A stretch of 64,000 nt of DNA from Octopus vulgaris (GCA_951406725.2 OX597818.1:72540001-72604000); one strand, 5' to 3'; positions 1 to 14,995 are shown, counted from the first letter of the stretch. Made by a program: numbers and translations. The notes: generated by a model from the sequence alone, not told the origin.

Positions 1-327
1 TTACTTACCTCCCTTATTTATAATCTTTTTACCCGGGGACTAGTAGACCTGACACCGTCCAGTAATCGGTGTACATTCAAAGCAACGATTAGTAACTTTA
101 TGAAACCGGTATGCTTTTAAATCTCTTTAGCAATTCACAATAATGGCTTTTAGTACTTTTTTTCCTACCTCAGTTAATCTGATTATATATATCTATCGTT
201 ATTTTTCATAGAATGTATTTTTTGATTTCCAGTGTGCATTTTCACTTATTTTTCTTCTTACTTTCCCCTTCCATTTCCACGTGTATATAGTTTCTATTTT
301 CTTTTAGTAACATATTTCTATCATATG

Positions 328-382
<55 letters not shown>

Positions 383-590
383 GCATAAATGTATGTATAT
401 TTTTTCAATGTGTATAAATAACAAGGACAAAATAAATAATTACCAGGGTAGCAAAAATTCACATAAGTGCCAAGGACATTACAGCCTACTTATAAAGGTA
501 GACATTCTAGGGTTAAGAGGAATGTTTTTGAAAAACATGGATAACATAAGAAACGGAGTCAAACGCAGGTGTTATTCAAATCATTTATAC

Positions 591-675
591 TTCCAACATA
601 TGTTCCGAAGAAAGAAATGAGATTATTGCGGAGGGAAAAAATGATGCTAAACACTGCAAACATCTCGTCAGGGAA
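591..675 (-). ncRNA. Degenerate type I hammerhead ribozyme
   Basis: Minus strand reads ttcc CTGACGA g...c GGAA catatg TT ggaa. Helix I is ttcc/ggaa and helix III is palindromic, but A13 is mutated to G. Confidence 0.6.
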
Positions 676-1021
676 AAAGAAAAGGGGAACAAAACACATT
701 AATAAGCCATTTTAACCGAATGTGATTACCCCGTAAATGATGAAGGGGAACGCTAGCAAGATATTTTTTTAAAAATCGTTAATAGATTTAACATCAAAGA
801 TAATTTACAGAACGAGAAGGAGGAGAAAGAAAGAAATTAATAGAAAATTAAGAGTGGGAAAAAGCAGTGTGATAGATGAATGGGAATAAAGTTTAAAAGC
901 GTGGAAATAGATATATGTAGTGTAAATGAAATCTATTAATGGTTCTCAAAAAAATAACTTGCTAGCGTTTCCCTTCATTCGGTTAAAATGGCTTATTCAT
1001 GTATTTTGTTTCTCCTTTTTT

Positions 1022-1108
1022 CTTACTGATGAGATTATTGCATTTTCTTATATCATTTTTATTCCCTCCGGAATAATCTCAATGCATTCTTCGAAACATA
1101 TGCTGGAA
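1022..1108 (+). ncRNA. Degenerate type I hammerhead ribozyme
   Basis: ctta CTGATGA g...c GAAA catatg CT ggaa. U16.1 is mutated to C and helix I is eroded. Inverted partner of 591-675. Confidence 0.55.
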
Positions 1109-1207
1109 GTATAAATGATTTGAATAACACCTGCATTTGACTCAATTTCTTAATTTATACCTCTCTCTCTGTGTATATATATATATATTTCTTTCTTTCT
1201 CTCTCTT

Positions 1208-1248
<41 letters not shown>

Positions 1249-1249
1249 G

Positions 1250-1285
<36 letters not shown>

Positions 1286-1445
1286 ACAGACAACCATCTT
1301 GCTTTAAATCTCTGAGCGAGAGATATACAGTAACAGTACAGAATAGTAATGTTTATTTGCCAACAGAATGTGTCTGTCCTATAAAGGATGATATTACTGC
1401 TGTTGTTTTTTATAGGACTGCCACAATCTGTTGGCAAATAAACTT

Positions 1446-1487
<42 letters not shown>

Positions 1488-2389
1488 ATGTGTGTGTGTA
1501 TGTGTGTGTGTATGTGTGTGTGTATGTGTGTGTGTATGTGTGTGTGTTCAAGTAATAAGGCAGTACTCATAAAAATGCTTCTTAATGTATCATTGTACAA
1601 AGCATATAGAATATATGGTTTTTGAATTACGAAACCATATAGAATATATACTTTATACATACAGACACACACACATACTACACTGTTGGAGGTTTTATAT
1701 TGTTATTAATGCATTGCTACATATACTTCGGCATTACATATATTTTTATAGGATCACCTCACCATATCCTTAGTATATTATCAAATATTATTTAAAATAT
1801 ATTTGGACCCTATGAGAGCACATTCATTCGACATGCATACTCCTTCAGTCACATTTTGCGTTAATTTACGTCGGATTTCCTTGTTGCTTTGACTTCAGTA
1901 TATAAATCACTCTACGCCAATCAAACTTTTCTGTTGGATTAATGGGCGATGCTCACGAATAGTTACGCACTACTAGATAGATGGATGTATAAATGGAGGC
2001 AAGAACTTTCAGAGAGTTAGTTTGTTCGTTGTTTACATATCAGTGCTGGTGAATATGGAAGGTGGGAAAGAAAAAGTAAAAGTAAAGGAGGCGATAAAAT
2101 TGTGTGTTGGATACAGTCAAGTGTGCACAGGCAGGAAGAGAGGACGAATATTAACATAGAGGAACTAAGAAACGCGAGAAAGCATTCCGAAAAGCACGCC
2201 TGATAGAATATACAGACTATTTTCCGGTGAAAGTATATTAAGGAACCCGCAGAATATTACAACTCGATTCGGTTGACATGTAGATATACGTGCATAGGAC
2301 AGCGATAATCCGAAAAGAAAGTAATTTGACAAAACAATGAAAAAGGATAAAACTAGAATAGTGTCAATGTTAAAGAATCACCTTTGTCA

Positions 2390-3595
2390 CCTCTATCCCC
2401 TTAATCGACCAGACTGCCAGGCGTCTTTTCGTCACCTCTGGTTACAACATGTCGTCCATTCCTCTGGATCGAGCCTTTCTTATCCACGTAGCTCCAAACG
2501 CTTGTGTTTCGTCAATCCACTATTTTGGATGCCTTCTGGGTGGCCACTTCCTCTCGCGCAGATACCACTTGACAACTACGACAGTCCACCGATTGTCGAT
2601 GAACCAAGCTACGTGTCAAGCCCATCTGAACTTCTGTCTGCTGCATTTGGTGATGATATCTGTCACACCAGATTTCTCTCTGATCGCTTCGCTTCGGATG
2701 TGCTCTTTCAGCGACACTCCTAATATCAATCATGAACGCTTTCCATCCGGCCCATATTCTCTACGAGATCTCCTTATATGGCCCTTATTATCCGCCCTTA
2801 TTCTCGTCCGAGATCTTCTCCATGTCTCGGCGCATATTACAAACTACTAGACCAAGGTAGACATATTCTTCCGTCTCCTCTACTTCTTCGTCTCCAGCCA
2901 GTGTTCGGTCTATCGCTGGATATTCGGACAGCATGAACTTGGTTTTCATGCGGTCCATTTCGAGGCCTACTTCTCTTGCGAGCTTCTGATGTCCTGCTCC
3001 GTCAGCATCGTCTGCAGCTGATCTGTGGTCTCGGTGATGAGTACGATGTCGTCAGTAAAACGGATGTGGGTTAATGGCTCGTTGTTGATATCCACGTCAC
3101 CTCGCCAGTCGATGTTTCTGATGATCTGCTCAAGACAGACGGTGAAGAGTTTCAGAAAAAAAAGTGTCTCCTTGCTTGATATCCTTCTCTTTCGGTAATG
3201 TTATGGATGACGACAGCAGAGATATGTCGGTGGTACATTCAGAATTCGCCTCTTGGAGAAGTTGAATTATTGTGCCTCGACTCCTTGTTCTAAAACGTTG
3301 ATCTCAACGTTTTCGAAGGTCTCCTCATAGTCCACGAACGCGACACACAAAAGCAGTCTGTATTCTTTCATCTGTTCCTGCATCTGGCTGGGAGTGAATA
3401 TGTGATCCATCGTGCTGTAATTTGTCCGGAAGCTTGCTTGTTCCCTTGGTTGTTGTTCATCTAGTCGTTGTGATAATCAGTTTAAGATTATCTTCATGTA
3501 CATCTTGTATATGTGGAACAACAGGCATATGGGACGAGAGTTCTTCAGATCTTCACTGTCTCTTTTCTTGTACGGCAGGTCGGTTTTCAACAGTT
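2390..3595 (-). pseudogene. RTE-clade LINE, 5'-truncated, RT and C-terminal region with stops and frameshifts
   Basis: Translations include RPICLLFHIYKMY, LDEQQPREQASFR..STMDHIFT, AFVDYEETF, HIRFTDDIVLI and HIRSEAIREKSGVTDII..KFRWA.HVA, all typical of RTE ORFs. Confidence 0.9.
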
Positions 3596-3656
3596 TCCCA
3601 AGATACCACGCAGTGGGACTGAATCCACAACCATATAGTTGGGAAGCAAGCTTCTT
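3596..3656 (-). mobile_element. Fragment of tRNA-derived SINE (same family as 40561-40725 and 57370-57530)
   Basis: cccaagataccacgcagtgggactgaatcc...gggaagcaagc matches the other copies in this window. Confidence 0.7.
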
Positions 3657-3658
3657 CA

Positions 3659-3967
3659 TTTTACCGTGTATGTTTAGAAATTATTTTCATGTATAGAGGT
3701 AACCTTGTTGCTTGTTCTCTATTGTTTTCTCGGTAATATGAAAATCAATAGAAAAATTAATTTCGCATCGCGGAATTTCGTGTTACAGCCAGATTTTCAG
3801 GAACGCATTAGTTCTGTAAAACGTTCCTGAAAATTTGGCTGTAACGCAAAATTCTGTAATGCAAAATAATTTTTCTGTTGATTTTTATACTACCGAGAAA
3901 ACAACAGAGAACAAGCACCACAATCACTTCTATTCATGAAAATAACTTCTAAATATACACAGTAAAT
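3659..3967. repeat. ~310-bp fold-back palindrome (MITE-like, next to the pogo remnant)
   Basis: Arms pair along their length, e.g. gttacagccagattttcaggaacg / cgttcctgaaaatttggctgtaac and tgcttgttctct / agagaacaagca. Loop about 15 nt. Confidence 0.85.
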
Positions 3968-4379
3968 TATAAATGAATAAAAACACAAAAGCATTTGCGG
4001 AAGTCAGGTAATCAATAAGAATCGTAGCATCGTGAGAGTACGTTCTTATCACAAGAGATATTGACTGTTATATGAGGGGTGGTGGTGGTATGAGCATTAC
4101 TAGAAGAATAAGGGACTATATTTACTGCAATATAATACATTATCACTAACATCAGCTTGAGGGGTGAAGAACTCCAAATATATTTGTTGTTTGTGATGCA
4201 TCATATCTTTGTACAGCTCAATATAGGAATTGAACTCATTTTAATCTCCTCTAGTAATTTTTATGTCACGTTCACTATTAGGATCATTAACAGCAAAAAG
4301 CTGCATACCTATCGGAATAAGTGCCATCCCTTTAGATATAATGTTTATAGTTAATTTGAGTGATTTAGGTGAGACTCTC

Positions 4380-5560
4380 ACTGTTTGAAATGTATTCTCA
4401 GTTTGTTTTCTAACAATTTCATGGGACCCAAGCAAATCAATCACATCCTTCGCTATGACTTCTTCGAATCCTACATCCTATCCAGTGTCATTTCTTTCCG
4501 AATTTGATGTAGATTTGAAGAAAACTTGTAATGTCACGGAAACAGTCTAGCCATATACATAACTAAGCACTGTTCAATGTTGAAGGTTCTACTTCATCCC
4601 ATGACTTAGCTGTATTATCCACAGCATCTATTATTTTTTCCAGAGTCTATTGGAGGTTTAACCTCCTTGTCAATTGGTTTCATAATTTGCTTCAAAGTTC
4701 TTCTTATATAAAATGTCTTGATCCATTAACTAGAGTAAAGAAGTTTTATTCCTGGGGATATATTCTACTCTCACATTACGGGAAAGGTTATCTCAGTTTG
4801 GTGGGTGGCTCGGTGCATTGTCTAAAAGACGCGATGTTTTGTCTGCTGCTCTATCTTTCTACCGTAGGAAAAAATGTTTGTAAACCACACTTTGAAAAGG
4901 CTCTTAGTCACCCATGCTTTCTTATTTGAATGCCAAATCAGAGGTATATCAAATTTTGTGTATCTCTTGAAAGCCCTTGGATTTTCGGAGAGATACACGT
5001 GTAGGGAATTTTAATTTCCTATCACTAGAAGTATTTCTGGTTTGTAGTCCTCTTCAGCAATCATTTTCATCGAGTGTTCAAGATAATTAGTACTAACATC
5101 TGTATCAACTCTCGCAGTTTCAGCAATTATTTTCAAACCAGCCTTTATTGGCCAATAAGGGATTTTCGTTTGAAGTTTCCCCTTAACTTTATTCTGCAAA
5201 TCGTCATATTAAATTTTGCTTCCTTTTTGTCAAAATTACCATCGTGTTTACCGGCACAATACGCCAATTCTGATTCTCGGTCTATACACTCAAAAGTCGT
5301 TCCATTTTAAGCATTATATTAGGTCTAGGAAAAAATAAGGTCCGGACAGTTAATGCAATAACTTCTTCAGCACTCGAGATAATTTTCTGTCTGTTGTCAC
5401 GTATTTTCCCCACTGTAGACGTTGCAAGACTTAACGTTTTAGCAATATAACTCAAGTTTTACTTCCGCATCAATTATTTTTTCAATATCCAGTGTAATCC
5501 CTTTGCGTTCCTTTTCGCACTACTGCCTTTAGATTTATTTGATAGCTTCTTTCAGGACAT
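4380..5560 (-). pseudogene. pogo/Tigger-type DDE transposase remnant
   Basis: Fragments KRKGITLDIEKII and YIAKTLSLATSTVGKIRDNRQKI (CENP-B-type HTH), NYLEHSMKMIAEEDYKPE, and PLIWHSNKKAWVTKSLFKVWF (Tigger/TIGD1-like DDE region). Many stops. Confidence 0.85.
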
Positions 5561-6801
5561 CTTAAATTGATTAATTATCCGTAACAAATATGTAGCATAG
5601 AAGAAAAAACCGAAATGCCCCCCTCCCCCCAAAAAAGATCTCATCTGTGAAAACGGGAAATTGATTTATTCGAATTGATGCCAATGATGCCAAAATGAAA
5701 ATGAGATGAAAAGGTGAATGTCTGGGGAATAGAAGGTACTATATGATTACAGTTTGCTGAAGGTTCACTAAATTTAATAGAAAATTCGCCCCTTGTCCTT
5801 CTGACTAAAGACGTAAATACACACACGCACGCACACACAATCACACACAGAGGCACAGACCTCCATGCACACACGTGTTGGTGTACATGCCAATATCTGT
5901 TGCAGCCGGTTGGAATCAGATTTGGTAGGTTGATAGAGGGGATGATGAAAGTTGCTTTGGTTTAGATATCAGTGACTGTGAGCGTGTATGATAGGTGTTG
6001 TAGTGGTTGATAATTGCGTTGAGGTGGCTGGTTAGGCACAAGTAAATCCTCATGGACTTGAGATCGAAAACATTTCAATCAGTTTTTAAAATACACTAGG
6101 AGTACCGCAATATATATATATTTATTTGAAATGGATTTGTTTACCGACTTCATACTATATATTACTGTTGGTGTTTGAGGTTGCGTTCGTGTCGATGATA
6201 CAAGCACACATTTAGACATACACTCATGTATATATATATATATATACATGCGTGCATACATACATACATAGACGTATGCATACATACATGTGTACATACA
6301 TATATGCACATTCACATGCATATATATATTTATATGTATATAGCCATAGCATGTACGATATAAATGTATGTACAGTATACAGACATATGTGTGTGTATTT
6401 GTGAATGCATTTGTGTGTGTGTGCGCGTGTGTTTGTGTGTGAACATGTATGTGAGTAACCTGATGATAGTTTCTTAAGTCTCTATCTATATACCTTGTCT
6501 TCACTAAAACACTAGTGGCCATTTACCCAAGAGTAAATTGAAGGTTTAAACTGTTAACGATTCAAATCGTTGCTATAAGAGTTTCCGCAAAAGCAATATT
6601 GCAGATTGTATCCCGAAATTAGTGGCCATACTTTACAATTTCTGTAAGCGTGAAATCCCATTACCTGAGGTATGCTTGTGCATATATATATATAGAAATT
6701 CGGGGTGAGTACTTGATAATTATAAGCACCTGTGTATACCGTTTGGTGGTGTAGGTGGTGGAGTAAATTGATCAAAATAAAAACATGATGCCAAGGATTC
6801 A

Positions 6802-6879
6802 GCGGTACATATGTTTCGGGCCTTTATTAGACAGATTTATAACAATGCATAATGTATGTCTGTGGCCTTCTTCAGCCGC
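6802..6879 (-). ncRNA. Intact type I hammerhead ribozyme
   Basis: Minus strand reads gcgg CTGAAGA aggcc...ggccc GAAA catatg TA ccgc. All core nucleotides are present and the site is GUA. Confidence 0.9.
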
Positions 6880-8904
6880 GCACAACAGCTTCCACAAGGA
6901 CATGTGTTACATCAAAAATTCTTGGTTGGGGATGCAAATCCTCTCATTCGCGTACGACATAATGCGGCAACAGCATAGAATTGAAGCGTCCATCTCTTTC
7001 ATCTCTCAATGTAGAATGAGGAAATTTGGATGTTGAAGTAATGTAAATAAATAAATACATATATAGACGTGAAGATGGAGGGGCGAGAATTCAGGACGAA
7101 GGATAAAAAATATATAAAAAGTGTAAGTATAGAAAAATATAAAAATGTAGAGTATAAAGATATAAAGAGATATAAGGAGATATAAAGGGGATATAAAGAA
7201 TATAAAGAAATATAAAGAAATATAAATGAATGTAAAGGCATAAGGTTATAAAGTAAAAATAGAAATAGAAATAAAAGTAAAAAGTAAAAAAATAAAAATA
7301 GGAATAAAAATGATAAAAATGCAAAAAATATAAAGATAAGGGATGTATAGAAGTTACGGACCAGACATGGTGGTCAGGAAATTGATAAAATTTAGTTGTA
7401 TAAGCTTTGGGTGTCAATAAATCAACATGGTCGTCTGGGGACCTAGTGTGTTGTAAATCAGAGCTGTTGAGCGGTTAATCTAGTTCTTTGAATTAATTGG
7501 TCATCTTGTACATACATACCATCATGGATACATACACCCATATACACGCGCACATATACGCGCGCATACACGGCTCCAAGCATATAAGCATACATACGCA
7601 CTCGCGCGTGAACATGTACATAAACACATATACACCCACACACACGCGCGCATATATACATACATACAACAGAATATGCGCATATATACACGGACATTAT
7701 ACGTGTACACACCCATATATACATACGTGCGTCCATCCTTTCATACACAGATGCCCACGCGTCCAGGTTTAGATATAAGATATTAAAGGATGTATATAAG
7801 AACGTATGTAAAGAATCACGCACTCACGTCTACACGTGCACGCACACACGGCTGTGTGTCCATATGTGCGTGCACATATACACTTACATACACACCCAGA
7901 GACATACGCGCATATGGGTATAGCTATAAGATGTTAAAAGATGTATACAAATAGGTGTAAATATATGCATATAAGAAATCTGCGAAAACATGTAAAAAAA
8001 TGTAAAGAAATACGTAAGAAATTTTAAAAAAATTAGTAAAGAAAATTAATTAGAGATGAGTAACGGGGTATGCACATCCAGACGTAGATGTTTAGTCGTA
8101 CATATGTACACATATGTATACGTATACATACGTACACGGACGCTCGTATAATCATAAAGCGGATCCATAGGTAAGTAAATAAGGGATAAGCAAAAAAAAA
8201 AATAGACATATATAGAGATATAAAGCGATAAGTTAGGGGTAAGAATGAGGGTAAGAATAAAAATTAGAAATAAAAGTAAGAAATACAATATAAAATAAGA
8301 AATACAATATAAAAGTTAGAAATGAAATATAAAAATTATAAAAATTATAAGAATTAAAATAAGGGATGAAAATAAAAATAAGAATAAAGGTAAAGCGAAA
8401 TAGAATAGGATAAAGCAAAATAAAAATATAATCTGGTAAATTTTAACATGAGATGAAGGTGGTTGAAAGTTAAAGGTGTGTGTTAAAGGTGCCCACGTAG
8501 GGGCGGGCGGGGGGAACTGAAAATTGGAAGGGTGGGAAGTGGAGTTTGGCGGTGTGCGTTCAACATCCGAGTTAGAAATGTGAAAGGGTATAGATATAGG
8601 GAAATAAAGAGACTAGATAGGAAGGATATGGGTGTAGGAGAAGAAAAACATATATGGGAGACAAAATGTGTATATATAGGAGGAAAATGCAGGGAAATAT
8701 ATATGCATATACACACATACACACATACACACACACGCACACACACACATATATATATATACATATACATACACATATATGCACATACATATATATGCGC
8801 ACACATATACGCATATACACGCACATATAGGAAAGCGGGATGCGCTGGAGCCGACAGGTTGCACCGGGTGGGAGGAAATTGCATGGGGGAGTTGGTATAA
8901 TAAC

Positions 8905-9293
<389 letters not shown>

Positions 9294-9888
9294 TAATTCA
9301 AAGAACTAGATTAACCGCTCAACAGCTCTGATTTACAACACACTAGGTCCCCAGACGACCATGTTGATTTATTGACACCCAAAGCTTCTACAACTAAATT
9401 TTATCAATTTCCTGACCACCATGTCTGGTCCGTAACCTCTATACATCCCTTATCTTTATATTTTTTGCATTTTTATCATTTTTATTCCTATTTTTATTTT
9501 TTTACTTTTTACTTTTATTTCTATTTCTATTTTTACTTTATAACCTTATGCCTTTACATTCATTTATATTTCTTTATATTTCTTTATATTCTTTATATCC
9601 CCTTTATATCTCTTTATATCTTTATACTCTACATTTTTATATTTTTCTATACTTACATTTTTTATCCTTCGTCCTGAATTCTCGCCCCTCCGTCTTCACG
9701 TCTATATATGTATTTATTTATTTACATTACTTCAACATCCAAATTTCCTCATTCTACATTGAGAGAAGAAAGAGATGGACGCTTCAATTCTATGCTGTTG
9801 CCGCATTATGTCGTACACGAATGAGAGGATTTGCATCCCCAACCAAGAATTTTTGATGTAACACATGTCCTTGTGGAAGCTGTTGTGC

Positions 9889-9966
9889 GCGGCTGAAGAA
9901 GGCCACAGACATACATTATGCATTGTTATAAATCTGTCTAATAAAGGCCCGAAACATATGTACCGC
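9889..9966 (+). ncRNA. Intact type I hammerhead ribozyme
   Basis: gcgg CTGAAGA aggcc...ggccc GAAA catatg TA ccgc. Predicted cleavage is after A9962. Identical inverted copy of 6802-6879. Confidence 0.9.
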
Positions 9967-10053
9967 TGAATCCTTGGCATCATGTTTTTATTTTGATCAA
10001 TTTATATATATATATATATATATAGATATATATATATATAGATAGATAGATAA

Positions 10054-10109
<56 letters not shown>

Positions 10110-10114
10110 GTAGG

Positions 10115-10170
<56 letters not shown>

Positions 10171-10768
10171 CAGACAGATATAGATATATACGCATACATG
10201 CATACCGAGGTAAACCGTTGTTCACTGTAGCCATAGAAAGGTTTTTGCCACCTCCAGTGGGCAGAATTGACAAATTTGAGATGCATACATCATTCGTTTT
10301 CAATATACAAATCACCGAATGTGGCTGCCGAAGCGCTGTCAGCATGGTAATATATTAATGCTAGTTTTTATATACGAAATATAAAAAAGAATATATTTCA
10401 TTAAAAGTAAATAATTATTGATGGGAACACAGTTTATTTCAAAATGTATTTTGTCAATGAATTGAATTCACAATAACAGTTACCGATTTTTCAATTTTAT
10501 ATCAAACATTAAAAATATAAATCAAAATTCTTACGAAAATATTTGGTTCTTTTCCAGCTGTTTATTTAATACATGGCCAGAGGCAGTATTGTTCTGCTGT
10601 CAGTTTGCAATCACATGATAGACGTTATAAGTAGATGGACAACTAAGGTAAACTCTTATTTTTCTCATGTACAGTTCTTCAATGAAGGAAGCAGTTATAA
10701 AAGATAAGTATATATATTCTGACTAGAAATAGTCTGAATCAAATAGCTGGTAAATGATGGGTATTCAT

Positions 10769-10864
<96 letters not shown>

Positions 10865-10888
10865 TATCGCACATATAGGTATATGTAA

Positions 10889-10924
<36 letters not shown>

Positions 10925-11194
10925 GTGTATGTGTGAGAGAGATGGGGGTGAGAGAGAGACAGATAGAGACAGAGAGACTGTGTGTATGTGTGTGACAACA
11001 TAAATGCTGTATATAAAAGTATAGGATCTCGAGACGGAATTAAGTTCGCTGAACGATGAGCTCAGTGGAAAGGTATATTTATGTTATAATTTGGCAGTCT
11101 ACTCTGAGTTTTATTATTGGCAACTATCGCGATTGACATAGACAACTAAAGTTGGGACACAGGAAATACTGCCAAATTATATATACATGCACAT

Positions 11195-11272
<78 letters not shown>

Positions 11273-11413
11273 ACATACGCACACACACAAACACGCACAC
11301 ATCTCTCTCTCTATCTATCTATCTATCTATCTATCTTCTCTATCTATCTATCCACCTATCTATCTATTTATCTATCTGTCAGTCAATATCCATACCTCTC
11401 CCCCACTTCTCTC

Positions 11414-11461
<48 letters not shown>

Positions 11462-11612
11462 AAAATGGAGAAACAAATTCAATTCGTTCATCAACTTACG
11501 GATATTACAATTTCACATTATTTATTAATTATACAAATGGGAACACCAAAATCGAACAAAACAATATAAGTCAATATGTAATATAATAATAAAAATAATA
11601 CAAATAAAATGC

Positions 11613-11745
11613 TCCTTACAGCTGTTTCCGCCTATGGTCAAAGAGTCAATTCAACTTATATTTCCTACAGATATCAGTGTATTATGGTTTTAGGCATTAA
11701 CAATTATACTTGTATGTTAAAATAACCAAAGGCCTCGTCAGAGGA
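11613..11745 (-). ncRNA. Type I hammerhead ribozyme with long helix II insert (PLE pLTR fragment ~11460-11750)
   Basis: Minus strand reads tcct CTGACGA ggcctttggt...accataggcg GAAA cagctg TA agga. Core is intact but the 10.1-11.1 pair is G/G. Confidence 0.75.
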
Positions 11746-11751
11746 TCCCTA

Positions 11752-11945
11752 ATTGTCCTGTACTCCATTTATTTGTTGTTTAATAAAAATGTCCAGTTCC
11801 TTTGGTTTGTGTCTATGTTTTCGTTTCTCATTGTGTTCGACGTCTTTTTGGTGTCCTGTACTCATATATGCGTGTATATGTACATGTAGAGGTAGGTACG
11901 TACATATATGTTTATATATATGCATATGTTTTATGTTATTATTAA
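11752..11945. repeat. Dispersed copy of the 14340-15490 repeat unit in opposite orientation
   Basis: gttttcgtttctcattgtgttcgac...acatgtagaggtaggtacgtacatatatg is the reverse complement of the 14340-14545 region. Confidence 0.85.
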
Positions 11946-13214
11946 TATATATATATATATACATATATATATGCACACACACATTACACTGGCACACTGA
12001 CATGCTGACAGTCTACTCTGTGTTCCACCCATGCCGCTTCACGCCAGTTATGACAGCCGTAAATGTCCTACCGTTATACACAGTTTAGGCAAAGTTTGAT
12101 AATTTGATAGCATAATTGTATCTCGCCTCTCTATTAGCGGTTTAACGAAATGAATTTTGTATCAGAAAATTTTGCGTTATGTAAGATATATTTTCACATT
12201 ACAACACTTACACACATACGCACTCATACACATAATCACTCACTTTCTCTCTCTCTCTCACTATCTCTCACTCTCTCTCACTCCCTCTCTCTCACTCTCT
12301 CTCACTCTCTCCCTCCCCTCACACACACACTCACAAACATATATGACCATGTATGCTGATATCTATATGTATACATATAGTTATATTTCGCTTTCTTTTT
12401 CTCCTCTTATGCATTTATTTTCTAAATTCGTTCTTTATCAAGCAAATATTTTAACATTTATCGTTATTTAATATATATCGTTATTTAATATAACTTTTAA
12501 AATATAGCTATATTAAAGTGCATGAGAAGTTAACTTTAATTATAGATATTTACTACAGATTTATAGAATTAAAAATTTTAACTAAGTGTGATGGCATTAA
12601 TGAAAAAGATATGCATGTGTCGACAACAGATTTTACTAATTGTAATAAAGTAGATTTTCCATGAATAATAAATTTACAATAAATTAGTCAAGTGAGCAGA
12701 CTTTATGTGGTTTCTCCACAATTTGCAGTCAAGTATGTATCAGTCTTAGGGAACGAAAGAACATTGAAACGCTTAATTTGAAATCAATATCCCTAATTTA
12801 CGGTGACCATGTGGTTTTATTTAAGGGCTGCTTACAATAAACATCAGTTGCTGAGGTGTCTCAAATCATGGAGATGTTTTAAATATATAAATATATAAAT
12901 ATATAACATTGCGAATTTTGCATAAATCTTAAAAAGGCATTTGAAATTGTATTTGTACATATGAAGATGAATTTTTTAATGATATTGCTTGTTTCAAAAA
13001 TCACCTGGTACACATTTGAGTAAAATTTAAAAAAAATTTGACTGATGTTTATTTCTTAACATTTGAGCGAATTATAATGGTAAAGATCTACGAGAACATT
13101 TAAGGAAAATATATGAGAATTTAAATTTTCGTAATATAAAATTTGTCTGCCAACATATAACTAGAAGAACGAATGTGGTAGTTTTTAATGATAATTATTT
13201 GCATGAGTAATGAT

Positions 13215-13370
13215 AATGTTTCGTCAAAACATGATTTTATTCAACATATTCCCTCTCAGATTCACACACTTATTGGAGCAATCCTTCAGCCCTGTAAATC
13301 TACTCGAAAAGTTGTGCCTGCAGCCAGGCCTTTCGCAATATCTTTAAACATTTCAACAGCCTCTCGTATA
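13215..13370 (-). mobile_element. mariner 3'-end remnant
   Basis: Minus strand encodes KCVNLRGEYVE*, the typical mariner transposase C-terminus. Confidence 0.6.
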
Positions 13371-13614
13371 TTTTACTTGCCTCTCCTCATGACTTCAAAT
13401 CTCAGTTCATATTAAGCAAAATATTGAATAAATTGGAATTTTTACTTATCCATATATTATATTACCTGTGATAAACGAGAATGGTTGGTTGGTGTCAGCC
13501 AATATTGTTCCACAAGCTTTACATTAAATATCAAACAGTTATATGTTGCTAAATAGGCACATGCTATCTTTTTTTTCTTGCTTTCCTCTTTCTTTTTACG
13601 ATCCCTTTTGATCG

Positions 13615-13706
13615 AAAACCAAACCCCCTTTTTTATCCCCAAAAGAAAAGCTCTACCTTGTAATTTGTTCCGTCTTTGTGCAGCCCTGTGAGGCTAATAA
13701 AGAAAC
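13615..13706 (+). mobile_element. Probable LINE 3' terminus (hairpin, AATAAA, then microsatellite)
   Basis: agcc ctgtga ggct followed by aataaag and then (TATC)n. Resembles the 3' motif at 18241-18262 on the minus strand. Confidence 0.35.
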
Positions 13707-13707
13707 A

Positions 13708-13756
<49 letters not shown>

Positions 13757-14308
13757 GTCTGTCTGTCTGTCAGTCTGTCTGTCTGTCTGTCTGTCTGTAT
13801 GTATGTATGCATGCATGTATGTATGTATGTATGTATGTATGTATGTATGTATGTATGTATGTATGTATGTATGTATGTATGTCTAGCTGTCTGCCTGTTT
13901 GTCTGTCTGTGTTTCTCTGTGCTTGTGTGTGCGTGCGTTTGGATAATATATACGCGCAAGTGCATGTATATGTACACGTATCTGCATGTATGAATGTACA
14001 TATAATCTCTCTCTCTCTATCTATTTATATATATATACATATATACACACACACACACAGACAGAACGGGATTTATATATATATATATATATATATATAC
14101 GTGTGTGAGTATGTATAAGTTCAATTAGAGATTAGATAAACTTCATTAAGGGGTAGTAACACCCAGTAAATTACTGGTTTATTACCTAATATTTCTTATT
14201 AATTATAATACTCATGAATAATTGGTAATTAGATAAACCAGGGTTTACATATATTCAAGAAAAATAAGGTAAATCAATTAATAAGTATACTTATTAACTG
14301 CAAAAATA

Positions 14309-14339
<31 letters not shown>

Positions 14340-14346
<7 letters not shown>

Positions 14347-14995
14347 AATTAATAAATAAATAAAACATATGCATATATACATACATATATGTACGTACCT
14401 ACCTCTACATGTATATATACATGCATATATATATGGGTACAGGAAACCAAAAAAAGTCGAACACAATGAGAAACGAAAACATAAATACAAAAGCAAGGAA
14501 ATGGACATTTTTCTTAAACAACGAAAAAATAGAGTACAGGACATACAAAACAAGGAAAATTCCCCTTCTTCAGTCGCCTTTGTTTCATCTACTCCACGTT
14601 TCGAAGGTCAAGGCGCTACATGACTTTAATGAAACAATCCTTCCCGCGAATATCAAATCAAATAAAATTTGAGATTTTTTGCGGAGGGGTAAAAATGGTA
14701 ACAAAAACAGGACAGTGACGACAGTACAAAATATAAACAGTAAAAGACAGGACAAGGAGAATAACAGTAACACAAACAAGATGGGCTGTTAAGCCGAACG
14801 AGATAACATTTTTTACGAACGTTATTTTTTGAGAACGGCGAGGAAGCAACAGATGTGCTGTCTCTACTTGAAGGTAGCCAGGAGAAGAAAGACAGTAGCA
14901 GAGTTCGCGTCGCGGGTAAACGACGGGAGAGAGGAGAAGGAGGTGTAAGAGAAAGGGGGAGAAAAAAGGGAATGGTTCTAGAGAAAAGAATGAAG

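Larger units (their letters stand above)
541..1160. mobile_element. Non-autonomous PLE-like element with inverted arms (~541-790 and ~930-1160), each carrying an HHR remnant
   Basis: Arms are diverged reverse complements, e.g. gcaggtgttattcaaatcatttatacttcc vs ggaagtataaatgatttgaataacacctgc. Both arms contain CTGANGA...G(G/A)AAcatatg. Microsatellites lie on both sides. Confidence 0.7.

Noticed and set aside
6554-6670. QYCFCGNSY on the minus strand resembles a WSC-domain motif
   Set aside because: The other WSC cysteines and clear splice sites are missing, a stop follows closely, and the context is repeat-derived.
10209-10358. Short plus-strand frame containing ITECGCRS, similar to a cystine-knot/TGF-beta C-terminus
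   Set aside because: There is no upstream cysteine pattern or splice acceptor, so it is probably chance.
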